Source of the DNA: Pelomyxa schiedti
Lineage: Eukaryota; Protista; Evosea
Length of the DNA stretch: 53,510 nt
Reading direction: 5' to 3'
NCBI GenBank assembly: GCA_020536535.1
Contig: JAHLWZ010000265.1
Location: forward strand, 1 to 53,510
In this document: piece by piece, positions 1-11,139 of the stretch
How the letters are laid out: every line of letters starts with the position of its first letter
Numbering within the stretch: the stretch's first letter is position 1
Notes under the pieces: model-generated
What the model was told of the DNA's origin: nothing
The model's input: only the letters and a program-made list of their open reading frames with translations
Databases searched by the model: none
Made by a program: the position numbers and the translations under genes

Positions 1-152
1 GTCTGAGGGGAGGGTGGAGTTTGTTGATGAAGCTGCCTTGAGGCTGGCACTGAGTATGGAGAGGATTGTATGTGTCTACTTATTGATGCCACAGCGTTAA
101 AACACTGTAGATGTTCTGGGGCTTGGAGGCGCAAGTAACTGCGGACCCTTGA
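1..152 (+). CDS. 3' end of an upstream gene, possibly an RRM protein (partial)
   Basis: Exon ...SEGRVEFVDEAALRLALSMERI, intron GTATGT...TAG (68-110), last exon MFWGLEAQVTADP-TGA. GRVEF..AL.LAL resembles RRM RNP1/helix 2. Confidence 0.4.
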
Positions 153-977
153 GTCGGCCCTTCGCTCTTTTTTAAGTTTCTCTTAAAAAAAAAGATTGTT
201 TAGCTATCCCAACGTGGTATTTTTCTACTCACATGTCATTTTCGTTGCAACTGGGAGGGGTAAGTACAAGCCAGGAGAGGCTACGAAGGAGCGGAGCTGT
301 AAGGGGAAGGCTGGGTGAGGAGAGCTGGGAAGAGGGGTGTATGGAGCAGGACTGAAACAAACAGCAAGGTGACTGGGAGGCACGAGCTGGGAGGAGCTTG
401 TTGTACTAGTGGCATAGAGACTTGTTGTTGGGGAACTTTTTATTAAATTCCAAGTAGCAAGCTGCCCAGCCCTTTCTGTGCGCATTCTGCAATAATATTA
501 ATGAGGAAGAGGTACCTGTTTTATCATGTCTACAAAGTTCTGAGCTGGCTGTTCTGGAACTTGTAGGGGTTTGCAATACACTATTGCCATCCCCGCTGCT
601 ATTCAGTGCCTGGAAATGCTTCTGTAATTCCCGGGAGCATTCCTGCTGGTCAGGGAAAAGGTGGTATTTGGGTGGTTCAGATAGTAATGGAACCGCATAT
701 ATATGTTGATGTATCAACAAGGTATCCGTATTCAATTTATTGCTCTTCCATCAATTATTACTGGCACCTTTAGCTCAAGTAAAGTGTTCTTCCATGTGCT
801 CGTAGCTTGTAGACAACACTGATTTCAAAGACTTGGACAGCATTTCTTTCTTCATGACCTTGGCATTCCAGGTCTCATTTTTATGCTTTACCCGAAACAA
901 AAAAGGTAAACAGGAACTGTCCATCTCCTGCACTTGTGACTTTGAAAGACTTAAAATCAGCCATCAGCAGTACCTTG

Positions 978-2790
978 TAATAGAACCTTCTGTATCTCCA
1001 TGGGCAGCGCCAGTCGTGCTTGTGAATAAGCCATATGGAACCTATCGATTCTGTGTAGATTACAGAAAACTGAATGATGTAACCAAGAAGATGGCGTATC
1101 CAATGCCAAGAATTGATGACATGCTAGACGCGCTAGGTGGCAATAATTGGTTCACAGGGCTCGATTTGAAAGCTGGCTATTGGCAAGTCGAACTGTCCAA
1201 AAGAGCTAATCGCTTTTCGAACAAGATCGGGATTATACCAATTTGCTGTAATGAGTTTCGGTTTAGTCAATGCACCTGCCACATTTCAGAAATTACTGGA
1301 TCTAATTCTAGCGGGATTGACTCCTGAACACTGTTTGGTATATATCGATGATGTAATCATATTCTCGCGAGGAACCCTAGTTGAACACCTATCTTGGGTG
1401 AGGAAGGTATTTGATTGCTTGAGAAAAGCAGGATTACAAGTAAACCTGGGAAAATGTCAATTTACAATATCAGAATTGCGATATTTAGGACATTTGATCT
1501 CGAGTAATGGTGTCAAACCAGATCAGCCAAAATTCAAGCAATTCAAAATCTACAGCCGCCTGTAAATCAGAAAGGTGTGAGAAGCTTTTTAGGAATTGTA
1601 GGATATTACCGACGATTCATCAAAGGCTTTGCCAAGATATCTACTCCATTAGAAGAATTAAAGAAAAAGGATATTGAATGGCATTGGGAAGAAGCAGAGC
1701 AAAAGGTATTTGAGAAATTGCAGTGAAAGTTGATCAAGGCTCCAATTTTACAATATCTGCGATGGGATAAGCCTTTTACTATTGAAACTGATGCTTCAAT
1801 AACTGCTCTATCTGCAACATTGACGCAAAGGGATGATGAAGGACAGATCCATCCTATTGCATTTGCAAGCCGCAAACTGCGAGGCGCAGAAGTTAGATAT
1901 CATATTACACAGTTGGAAGCATTAGCTGTTGTATATGCTGTGCAACATTTTCAACCATATATTTGGGGACAACATTTTACATAATAACAGAAGCCAAATC
2001 TCTAGCTAAGCTGAATCAAGTACAAGGAAATTCACGATTGGCTAGATGGTCATTGTCCCTTCAAGAATATGACTATGAAGTCATACACAGACCTGGACAT
2101 CTTAATACTTCAGATGGCTTTACGAGAGCTGAAACCAAATAACCTGTTTCTGTTCGTGAAGAACAAAGACTTGATGTGCAAGTGGAACAGGAACAAGAAG
2201 AAAAACTGCAAGAACAAGTCTGCGTTGTGGAAATATCAAATCAGGAAATTGCTGCTGAGCAAAAGAAGGATCCAGAACTGAAGATTATTTCTGAAGTAGT
2301 CAAAGGCAATTATTCTGTGTTGAAAGACATGCCTGAAGATGAATCATGGTTCAGAAAGATCTTTTTGTCCTTGGTCACGATACTTTATGGAAAGTACCTA
2401 AACCGGCTAAGTTAGAAAAACAAACTCCAAGATGGCGATTATGATACCTAGAGGAAACATCAAGCTCCGATTGATGCAAAATCACCATGATGACTTAAAA
2501 GGTGGTGGTCATAGAAGTGGGGCCAAGATGCACATTGCTATGTACGAAAAATATTGGTGGCCGACTATGTTTCAAGACCTCAAAGAATGGGTCAAAAGCT
2601 GTCCTGAATGTCAGAGATTTCGAAAACACAAGCCAAGTTATCAACCAAAAAGTATATTAGCTACTGAACCAAATGAGTATGTAGCTATGGACTTATGGGA
2701 CCATTTCAAGAAACCAAGTCCGGAAAGACACTTGGATGTGTTATGATTGACTTGTATACTAAAGTAGTAAATCTGAAAACTTTGCGTAAA
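978..2790 (+). mobile_element. Degenerate Ty3/gypsy LTR-retrotransposon pol (RT - RNase H - integrase N-terminus), pseudogenised
   Basis: RT motifs SPWAAPVVLV, RFCVDYRKLN, LDLKAGYWQV, FGLVNAPATFQ, YIDD. RNase H TDAS, PIAFASRKL, LEALAVV. Integrase HHCC (HDD...GH...WWPTM...CPECQ) and VAMDL. The RT-RH-INT order is gypsy type. Several frameshifts and stops (TGA 1724-1726, TAA about 1982); truncated at about 2790. Confidence 0.95.
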
Positions 2791-2896
2791 TGAGAGAAAA
2801 GAGGCAAAACAGGCCCACTACAAGGAAAAGGAAACCGCCTAATGCAAAAGCGAAACCAAAGATGCCGCATGTGACACCCCGGTGTGATTAGAATCC

Positions 2897-2993
2897 AAAA
2901 TTTAGGGCACCTCGCCAGGGTTGTTATTCAAGTTACTTGATGGTGCTTGTTTAGTAAAACCCAGATAAACAAGTACTTGGGCCAATAAACAAG
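2897..2993 (+). repeat. Dispersed non-coding repeat, copy 1 (copy 2 at 41720-41817)
   Basis: GGTTGTTATTcAAGtTACTTGATGGTGCtTGTT...ACCCAGAtAAACAAGTACTTGGGcCAATAaACAAG aligns by eye with 41741-41817. Confidence 0.85.
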
Positions 2994-3631
2994 TAGTGTG
3001 CCTTCGCAAAAAAACGAGCTTTGTGACTCCTTTATTTGGGAAACAATCCGACTCACCAGGTGAGTGCCACACAATACCAAGTTGCGGAAAGCTAAAACGG
3101 CGTTGACAGCATTGCCCTGCGTGCCACGCGTTTTAAACGCATTTGATCTTTGTAACCAAAGAGAGGAAAAATAATTTGTTTTGTCGATCGTGGTAGATCA
3201 CTATTTTAGACGACACCAACGACTGTTCCATGCTGTTTTATATATTTCCGGGTAACATTCACATTCTTTCAAACCAGCAGTCTGTTTTTTTCTTTTTCTT
3301 TTTCATGTATTTCGATCGCCTTGCTCTTCTTCCTCCCCAACAACCGCTTTATCCCGTCCATACGCGCAGGCTACGGTATCAACAACTTCCTCCAGGCATA
3401 ACCTACACTGCACCCCCTCCATTGTCGCGCTCAGCGACCAGTCTTCTTTCTGTACTGCTCTGAATTTAAATGGAACTTCAAAAATTCTTGAGAGAACTGT
3501 GTCGGTGGTCGCTGTTATGAATGTACATCTCACGACTCCATTATTGTTATTTTAACACACAAACAGGATAGAGTGGATGCTCGCTACCCTACTTATTTAC
3601 CTCCTCAGTATTTTCCTCCCATGCCTCCTCC

Positions 3632-3766
3632 ACCAATCCCCCAACAACTAATCCCACAACAACTGATCCCACAACAACTAATCCCGCAATTGGTTGTTGC
3701 GGGATTGGTTCTTGCTGGATTGGTTGTTGCGGGATTGGTTGTTGCTGGATTGGTTGTTGCGGGATC
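3632..3766. repeat. Fold-back array: 15-bp tandem units (ATCCCACAACAACTA-like) abutting their reverse complement (TTGGTTGTTGCGGGA-like)
   Basis: The + strand encodes (IPQQL)n then (LVVAG)n; the - strand reads (QQPIP)n. Inversion point at about 3688. Confidence 0.85.
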
Positions 3767-4196
3767 AAGGATCTTTTTAACAATGTAGATGAACTAATGC
3801 CAGGCATATACCTGACATATTATTGGTACTCGCTTAAGCTCGGTCCTCCAAAGGTGGATAAAGCTCATTTCCTCCGCGGCGGTTTGTATCCCTCTCACTG
3901 TTGGCTATTTTCTCACTTTTGTTTCTTAGTTCGAGTATCTAGTATACTAGAATGGATACTAGATAACCCGAAGGCCGAGCCAATCCCAGCGCAACAACCA
4001 CCAATGGCTCCAATTCCAAGGAAGGTGTAGTAGCAAGTATAACAACAAGGGAAAAAAGTTTCCGCAGCTATGAAGTTCTTTTTTTTGTTTACTACATTCA
4101 CCTCGGTATAGACACAAAAGAAATGGTCTTTTTTTTGGGTTTCACCACAATCCTGTTTTGTAGGGAATTTGACACTGGTGTTTGGTATTGAAATTG

Positions 4197-5098
4197 TTAG
4201 AAGAGCTTCTGGGCAGCAATGAGGTTCTTCTGCTTCCAGGCCGGAAGCTTCATGAACGCAGCCTTGTCCTCCACGTTGAACAAGCAAGCCACAGCGTCGT
4301 CAGACAGAGCCTGCACCCTCTCCATCCCGTTCTTGAGGTCCTTCCTGGCCCTGACCGCCTCGGCCTCGGCCTTTGCCGCGGCCTGCCTGTTGGCCTTGGC
4401 CCCCTCGGCCTCCTTCTTGGCCCTCTCGGCCGCGAGCCTCTCCAGCTCGGCCTGGTGCTGCGCCGCGGCCCTCGCGTCCCGCGCCCGCTTCTTCTCCGCC
4501 TCCTCCTGCAGCTCCCGCTCGGCCTTCTCGTACATCGGCTCCTTCTCCCCCGGGGCCGCGGCCGCGTACCAGCTCTCGAACGCCTCGCGCTCGCACACCT
4601 TCTGCATCTGCTCCATCCTCGCCGCGAGCTCGATGCGGCGCACCTCCNNNNNNNNNNNNNNNNNNNNNNNNNNNNNNNNNNNNNNNNNNNNNNNNNNNNN
4701 NNNNNNNNNNNNNNNNNNNNNNNNNNNNNNNNNNNNNNNNNNNNNNNCTCGTACATCGGCTCCTTCTCCCCCGGGGCCGCGGCCGCGTACCAGCTCTCGA
4801 ACGCCTCGCGCTCGCACACCTTCTGCATCTGCTCCATCCTCGCCGCGAGCTCGATGCGGCGCACCTCCTCGTACTGCTGCATCGACAGGAAGTTCCCGTC
4901 GAGCTTGGCGTACGCGGCCAGCGCCTCGCTCGCCTGCACGACCCCGCCGCCGCGCGACGCCAGCGACTCGTCGAGCTCCTTGAGCACCTGGTTGCGCTTG
5001 GCCGTCGACATCTGCACGTCGAAGCTGTGCTCCGCGACCCACGAGACGAACATGCGGTCCTTGATCGCGCTTTCGTCGATGGTCCCGGTGGCTGCCAT
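4197..5098 (-). CDS. Intronless villin-headpiece (HP/VHP) protein with an E/R/K/A-rich helical stalk, about 226 aa after removing a false gap duplication
   Basis: C-terminus LSDDAVACLFNVEDKAAFMKLPAWKQKNLIAAQKLF* matches the villin HP35 pattern (LSDEDF..VF....AF..LP.WKQ..LK...LF). Very GC-rich codon usage. Removing the 100 N plus one 121-bp duplicate gives a 681-nt in-frame ORF. Confidence 0.85.
4648..4747. other. 100-N scaffold gap flanked by an identical 121-bp duplicate (4527-4647 = 4748-4868); assembly artefact
   Basis: Identical sequence on both sides of the gap; collapsing it restores the reading frame. Confidence 0.9.
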
Positions 5099-5247
5099 TT
5101 CGTAGTGTGTTTTTTTTTTTGCTTTTTTTGCACTTTTTTTTGTTGGTTCGGGTATTTCGGTTTCTTCTAGAGTTTTTCTCTGAATTTTTGGCTATGTTTG
5201 GTGTGAAAAAGCTTCATTCCTTTCTTTCCTGGACACACAGCAGGAGG

Positions 5248-7376
5248 CTAGTACTCTCGCCAGTCACTGCAAGACAGAAGAAGGTTGTCATACATGGACA
5301 TTGTTGAGTCCAACCTGTTTTTGTTTCAGTAATGGAGGTTGGGAGAGGTGCAAACCTTTGTTGCTTCTGGCAAAAGTCCTCAAGTTGGATCACTTCGGTG
5401 TCAGAAAGTTCACCAGGTTGCTCTGCTTTGGTGAGAACTTCAGAGTATTCCTGTTGAAGACTGCGTATCTGACAATGCACTGATAGTATGTCAGAGTAAA
5501 GGCCGGACCGTGCTGTTTCTAAGAATTGAGGGTGAAGACCCCACCTCCAGTGAGATTCTGAGTCGGCCGATGCAGTCTGTGATTATTAGGGACAGTATAA
5601 GTCTATGTAGGCAGTCCATACATCTTTTTGCAAAAAGTTTAAGGCTTCTAGTTGTTGGAGTGCAGATGTTACTTTGCAAGAAGGGAGCATTGCCCTATCT
5701 ATGAGCTTAAAGTATATTAGAATACTGAGACATAGCCAAAATGAGAACCAACCAGATGCGTGGCAACAGGGTAATTGCTTTCACAAATCAAAGCAAATAG
5801 TGTTTGTGCCTCGATTGAGTACTTTTGGCCTAGGTAGCCTCGCACCGAGTACTTTTGAAGTGACTTCACAATTTCTTTCACGTCTTGGGGCGTTAAGCTT
5901 GAGGACTAAGTATGGAGAGACACACTCAATGTATAATGACGCACAGGTTCTGCTGGATCGGCTTCGGATTTCTCTGGAGTTATAACACGTGACTCTGCAA
6001 GTGCAGAAAGAAATGTCTGGTTTTATAAGAGCATTACAGAGAGATTCTTTCTCCTCACCTGAAAGTGGTCGAAGTCCATGGCCCGAAAAATCCTCGGAAA
6101 AAGTGGTTGAAGTTGCTCATACAACTGTTCGATGGAGTGAGGAATGTTCCAGGGACGGTTAAATGATACTAGGCGCAAGTGACTGGAAATCAACAGAAGA
6201 AATATACAGACATATTGTATATGCTGAAGGTAAATGTGTAAACATCACCCTTACAATTGCCCCAGAAAGGTTTCCGTAAGTTTTCTCAATGAAATCGATG
6301 CAGGCCTAAAAATGATGAGATGTGTTTTGATATTGAACTTACTTGTGAAAGAAAATTTGTTCGAAATTGCTCAAAATTAATTCTCCAAAGGGTGTCTAGT
6401 TGTTCCGCCTAGAAAACGTGGGTTGATCTTTACACGCACAGTGGGATCAACCTCCGTCATATATGTGCTATTGCTATGTACATCGCTGTGGTCCTTGGTT
6501 GCAGTTAATGACCAAGTAAATATGACTAAGATCACACATCCTGGGATGCCGTAGGAGGTGGGATATTCCTAGCATTGGCCAGTACAATATAGTTGGCTTT
6601 GAATGTTGCATTGAATACGCGCTTTTGATTGTTAGTAATGCGAATATGATTTAAAGTTTGCGTTACTTTGACAGAGGCTTCCAGTGCCTTGGCATCTTCA
6701 CTTTCATGATTCAGCTGTTCGGCAGCCTGAACTTTTGTAAAAAGTTATAGATCAAAATTGATTAGTTACTTTGGGCAGCAACTGTCTCAGGGACAATATT
6801 CCATGCTCCAATAGAACTTCTGCGACAGCACCTGCCTAGAAGATGATCGGCAGTGTAGAACAAAAAGTTACACACACATGTGGTCCAAACTTCGAGGCTG
6901 TGAAGCTAACAATCCGAGGAAATCTCAAACGAGTAACCACAGCCTCTAAATCAACTTGGAATATATGCCTGTGAGTCTTCACGAGATAAGATTGTGGGTC
7001 GGCAGCATAGTTTTGAATATACCCCAGGATGATGAGTATCCTCCTCTTCCAACAAAGAAAGCAACTGATGTTGCATCAAAACACACATTGCTTTCCTCAC
7101 TTCCTATTGGTCCAAAGTCAATGTGGTGCACAGTGTTGTTGAGCAAGGATCACCTCAAGAGCAAGTTCTGTGAATTGCATAATACTAGACAGACATAGTG
7201 GCCCCTTTCTCACCAAACAACAAGCCACTTTCTTTCACCCAATTTAAGTTCTTTTCAATTACCATCTTGCTGCCCTCCACAACAAAAAAAAAATAAATGA
7301 AAGACATCCTACACACAGCAGTTATGGGATCGAATTGATCCACGAGAACACGGCACACCAACTGTTGCTCCTCCAT
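5248..7376 (-). CDS. POLR3C: RNA polymerase III subunit RPC3 (RPC62/Rpc82), multi-exon
   Basis: Spliced N-terminus MEEQQLVCRVLVDQFDPITA-KVACCLVRKGPLCLSSIMQFTELALE-EVRKAMCVLMQHQL ... RLRFPRIVSFTASKFG ... VAEVLLEHG parallels RPC62 (LCSLLLQEHFGEIVEKIGVHLIRTG...VKKALCVLVQHNL...LRYPRYI...IVEELLLNG). Internal exon borders are approximate. Confidence 0.8.
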
Positions 7377-7482
7377 CGCGCACACCCAAACAACGATCTC
7401 TTAACGGGGAGCAATAAAAAAACGCAATCAGCGATCTCAGAAGAGACAATCAAAAAGCAGAAGGAACAAATAAAAACTAAGA

Positions 7483-10400
7483 ATGAGCGACGGACCAGCA
7501 AGAAGGTATTGCGCTGCCTTTGTATCGTAATTGGCGTATCACGACACCAAACACACGGCCGCACGTGCCTCTAACGCGCCTCCCCTCCTCCCTTCCCCCC
7601 ATTATGGGTCGATGACAACACAGAGTGACGCAGTCCTCGATCACCAACTACTTGCACTCCCCAGCCAAAGGCCCGGCCCCTCCCGCTACTCCCGCCGCCT
7701 CCTCCTCCTCCTCGTCCCAGCCCACACCCAAGCAACAATCTACAACCGCTGCCGCCTCTGCCCCCTCCACGCCCACACCCTCGCCCTCGCCGGCGCCGGA
7801 GCCGCCGCCCCCTCGCGGAGCCACGCAGTCGAAGCTGTCATTCGACCCGCAGCCCCCGCGCTCGGAAGGCGGCACGGACTCGGACTCGCAGCCCCCGGAC
7901 AGCCCAATGAAGGATGCCCCCAGCACCGCCCCAGGCTCCAGCGCGAGTGCCAGCGCGAGCCCACAGCGGGGCCGCGGGCGCGGGGGGCGGGGCCGCGGGG
8001 CCAGAGGTGGGGCGCAGGGCCCGGCGCAGGGGGAGAGGAACGCGGCCAAGGTGAGGCGGCTCAACTGCACCCCGGTGCCCCAGCGGGCCGCGGCAAAGAA
8101 CGCCAGCGCCAAAATCGCGGCGGAGAGCTCCAAGTCCCGCCGGTCCCCAAAGACCAACAGCCCGAGCTCACCTCCCACGCCTCCGAAACGAACCAACTCT
8201 GGTTCTGGAAATTCCCCTACTGCTAGCTCAAAACCCACCACCAACAACAATGCAAACGATAACAATCACAGTAACAACAACAACAAAAACAAAAACAAAA
8301 ATGCCAACACCCCACCAACATCATCTTCAAATACCACCACTACTTCTACTCGTAGTAGCACTCAAGCGAATTCCCATCCAAGCCCTCCGGACCAAACCAA
8401 ACCTAAGGCTTCAAAATCACAGGACAAATCGCCTCCAATCCCGCCTGAGGAATGTCTCCCGATTCCACCAAAGAAAGCCGGTTATGCCTCTGCAGCGGCA
8501 CCCCTCAAATCTCCGCAAACTCCAATGAAATCGAGATCTCCAGCTCTTGCGCGCACAGAAAGCCCTATACAGAACCTGCTCAAGGCGAAGTCTCCCCCTC
8601 TGAAGACATCGGGAACCAATGGGAATGATGAAGACGGCTTCTTACTTACACCAAGGTTTCATAATCCTTTTTTTTCCCCGCCTTACTATGGACTACTTAC
8701 AATGCTCATTGCACAAATATAAAGTAATGTAGGAAGTGCTGGCGAAGTAAATTACACAATGGAAATGCTTTTGAAAGAGCAGGAGCTATCAGATACATCT
8801 CTCAAGTAAGGAAAATGCTAGGAACAATCACACAATTGCTAATGGGATATCACTCTTAGTGTGTCACAGCAATCCATTGAGATCAGTGATGTGGATGATA
8901 TGGTGCGGCTCCTTTAAAACTGCGTGTGCCCATTAACCCACGAATTTTGTGCAGGATGATACACCACTTCCTGAACCTGTTGTTGACACGTTCCATTTTT
9001 GCGTTTTGAGCAAAACTCCTCCGGTTTCCCCTGCCAAGTTGGGGAAAGAAATATTAAATGGCCAATAGGTAGTTCCAAGGGAAAGGTTTCAATATACATG
9101 GGATGGTCTCTGTGAGTGCGATGCATCGTGTTCATGTCCATGCAAAAAAATTCTGACTGCATACGCAAGTTTGTCTCATCACTCTACTACGTTTCTTTCA
9201 TCACACATGCGAAGAGGGTGGCAGTCAGTCACTGTATTCCCTGCTACCATCTGGATGGCTTTCAAATATGCTCAAGCCTTCAAAACACATCCCTGCTAGC
9301 ATCTTGAAGTGGTTATATGACACAGGTACTTGAGACATCACTGCACTTTTTTCTTCGAATAATTTCCTCTTGTTTCCAGTGGCATATCATGAAGACTTAG
9401 ATCTTTGTACATATTCCTATCGAGCCCTTCTGCAAGTGATGGGTGTTGTATGTTTTTTTTATATCATTTCTTTTATTTGTTGAGTTATTTAAGGAACCCT
9501 TTATCGCCAGCCTAGAGTGGAGATCACCTGAAAACGAAATCAGCGGAGACCTCGTGTGGTACCCTGATTGCACTACCCTCTTCGAAACATTTTCACTTTA
9601 CGGTGTCAATGATAGCACCACGTCGTTCCCTTGTGTGCATTCAATACCTGGCAAGTAACGCATCACCCTCCCTTCTCTCCGCCTTTCGTTTAGATTTTCC
9701 CTTCCTTTCCAATGTAACACTCAATTGGGGTTGGGCGAAATAGGGAAGCCAGACTGACTCCCTTTAAGTACTGCAGCAACCTAACACTTGTCACTCAGTT
9801 AATGAGCATCCTTCTTCGCAACAGGTATACATTGATACACAAGTGATGTATTTTGAAATTCTTCTAGCAAATGGTCCGTGGTTGAGAGTGATATGAGCAA
9901 AGTTCTAATTGATCTACTGTATTTGATTATTGATCCTTGCATATCCTCTTTTCCATGGGAAGGATTGTCCCCAGAAATCTTGGAGAACACACCTTCAACA
10001 AGCCCAAGAACTCAAAAGTACCCGCTCTGCCCAGTCCCGGCTATGCAAGTATAGTTCACTTGGACAACCTCAAATTTGACCACTCAATTAGCAATTAATC
10101 GTCTCGTTGATTGAATCATGTGATCATGAGGAATGGTACAGTGTTGTTGAAGTCATCGTGGAAGAAATCTCCACAAAATCTACCAACACATCCACATCCA
10201 CCTCCACCTCCACCTCCACCTCCACCTCCACCTCCACCTCCACAACCACCACAACAACCACAACATCTCTCTCAAGCACATCTACTTCGTCATCAGCAGT
10301 TTCTACAAGTTCTCCGGAACGATCTTCTATAATGGCGTGTTGCAACAACTGGGAACGGTACTTGCTGATTGTTACCGCTCTCCCTTGTAGCACAATGCGT

Positions 10401-11057
10401 TTACGAGAATTGCGAATGAGAGTCGCCTGGCAAGCACTTCTTCAAGGTCTTCCATGCTTCGGAATTATCATGGTATCCTCTCCATGGTTTCTTTTTTCTT
10501 TGTGCCAATTCGACCGTAGAGTAAAGCTGATGAATCGGACATTACTTTTTCTCATATGCAGTCTATTGCCACGTTGATTTCACAATCAAAGGTTCCCATT
10601 CATTCACATCCTCTTTTGGTCACTTATCTTGATCTTGTACAGGTTTTGAAGGAACCTCCAAATGCAATCGCTTTATTACAATCTCTGAAACTCCTCGATT
10701 TATGCCTTTTTGCGAGACCAGCCACTGAAATTGCGGAAGGAAACCCTCGTTCACTGATTGCTGTTCTAGAGAAAATAAAGCACCAAACACAAGACGATTC
10801 AGATGACATTCTCAGACAGGTTTAAAACATTGGAAGGGAAAAAAACAAACCCACTCAACAAACACTAGGTGAAAGACCTGCTGACAAATTCCACAGGCCG
10901 GCTCTCCATCATCGAAGCCGAGTATGGCTGTAGAAAGCCTGAACTCACACAAAAGACACTACTTTCCTTTGCCACCAGCACTACCACTAGTACTCTCACC
11001 ACCTCCACCCCCCCCAGCGCTTCTTCTTCCTCCTCCAACGCTTCAGATTTGCCCTAG
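7483..11057 (+). CDS. SLF2: SLF2/FAM178-like SMC5/6 cofactor (C-terminal CANIN-type domain) with a long S/P/N-rich disordered N-terminus, multi-exon
   Basis: Spliced SGWLSNMLKPSKHIPASILKWLYDT-VAYHEDLDLCTYSYRALLQVM ... VWYPDCTTLFETFSLYG ... LEKIKHQTQDDSDDILRQ-VKDLLTN resembles SLF2 CPVPVLKWLFRMMSVHTD...WIPSLSDVAAVFFNMG...[25 protein letters not shown] (recalled). Exon 1 7483-7505, intron to 7623. Confidence 0.7.
10191..10265 (+). repeat. (TCCACC)n coding microsatellite (Ser-Thr tract) inside the SLF2-like gene
   Basis: Directly visible hexamer repeat. Confidence 0.9.
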
Positions 11058-11139
11058 TAACTCACCAATAAGATATTCTCAAGATTCCATCCCATGATTA
11101 CAATTCTCCTATCGACATGGAAACACACATTCTGCGAAA

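Noticed and set aside
1724-1726. In-frame TGA in pol, present in both copies, as programmed readthrough or an alternative genetic code
   Set aside because: The element has other frameshifts and stops, and host genes use TGA as a normal stop.
2897-2993. Dispersed repeat as the LTR of the adjacent gypsy element
   Set aside because: The integrase is truncated before it, and no polypurine tract, TG...CA ends or PBS were identified, so it is not called an LTR.
3230-3533. Short opposing ORFs as a gag remnant or real gene
   Set aside because: No CCHC knuckle or other recognisable motif; coding status cannot be supported from sequence alone.
3632-3766. Short regular repeats as a CRISPR-like array
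   Set aside because: No unique spacers and no cas genes; this is a coding-type minisatellite with an inversion.
4182-5170. Multiple long overlapping ORFs on both strands (also at 7531-8265, 33885-34468 and 50550-51167)
   Set aside because: Shadow ORFs caused by high GC content and stop-codon scarcity.
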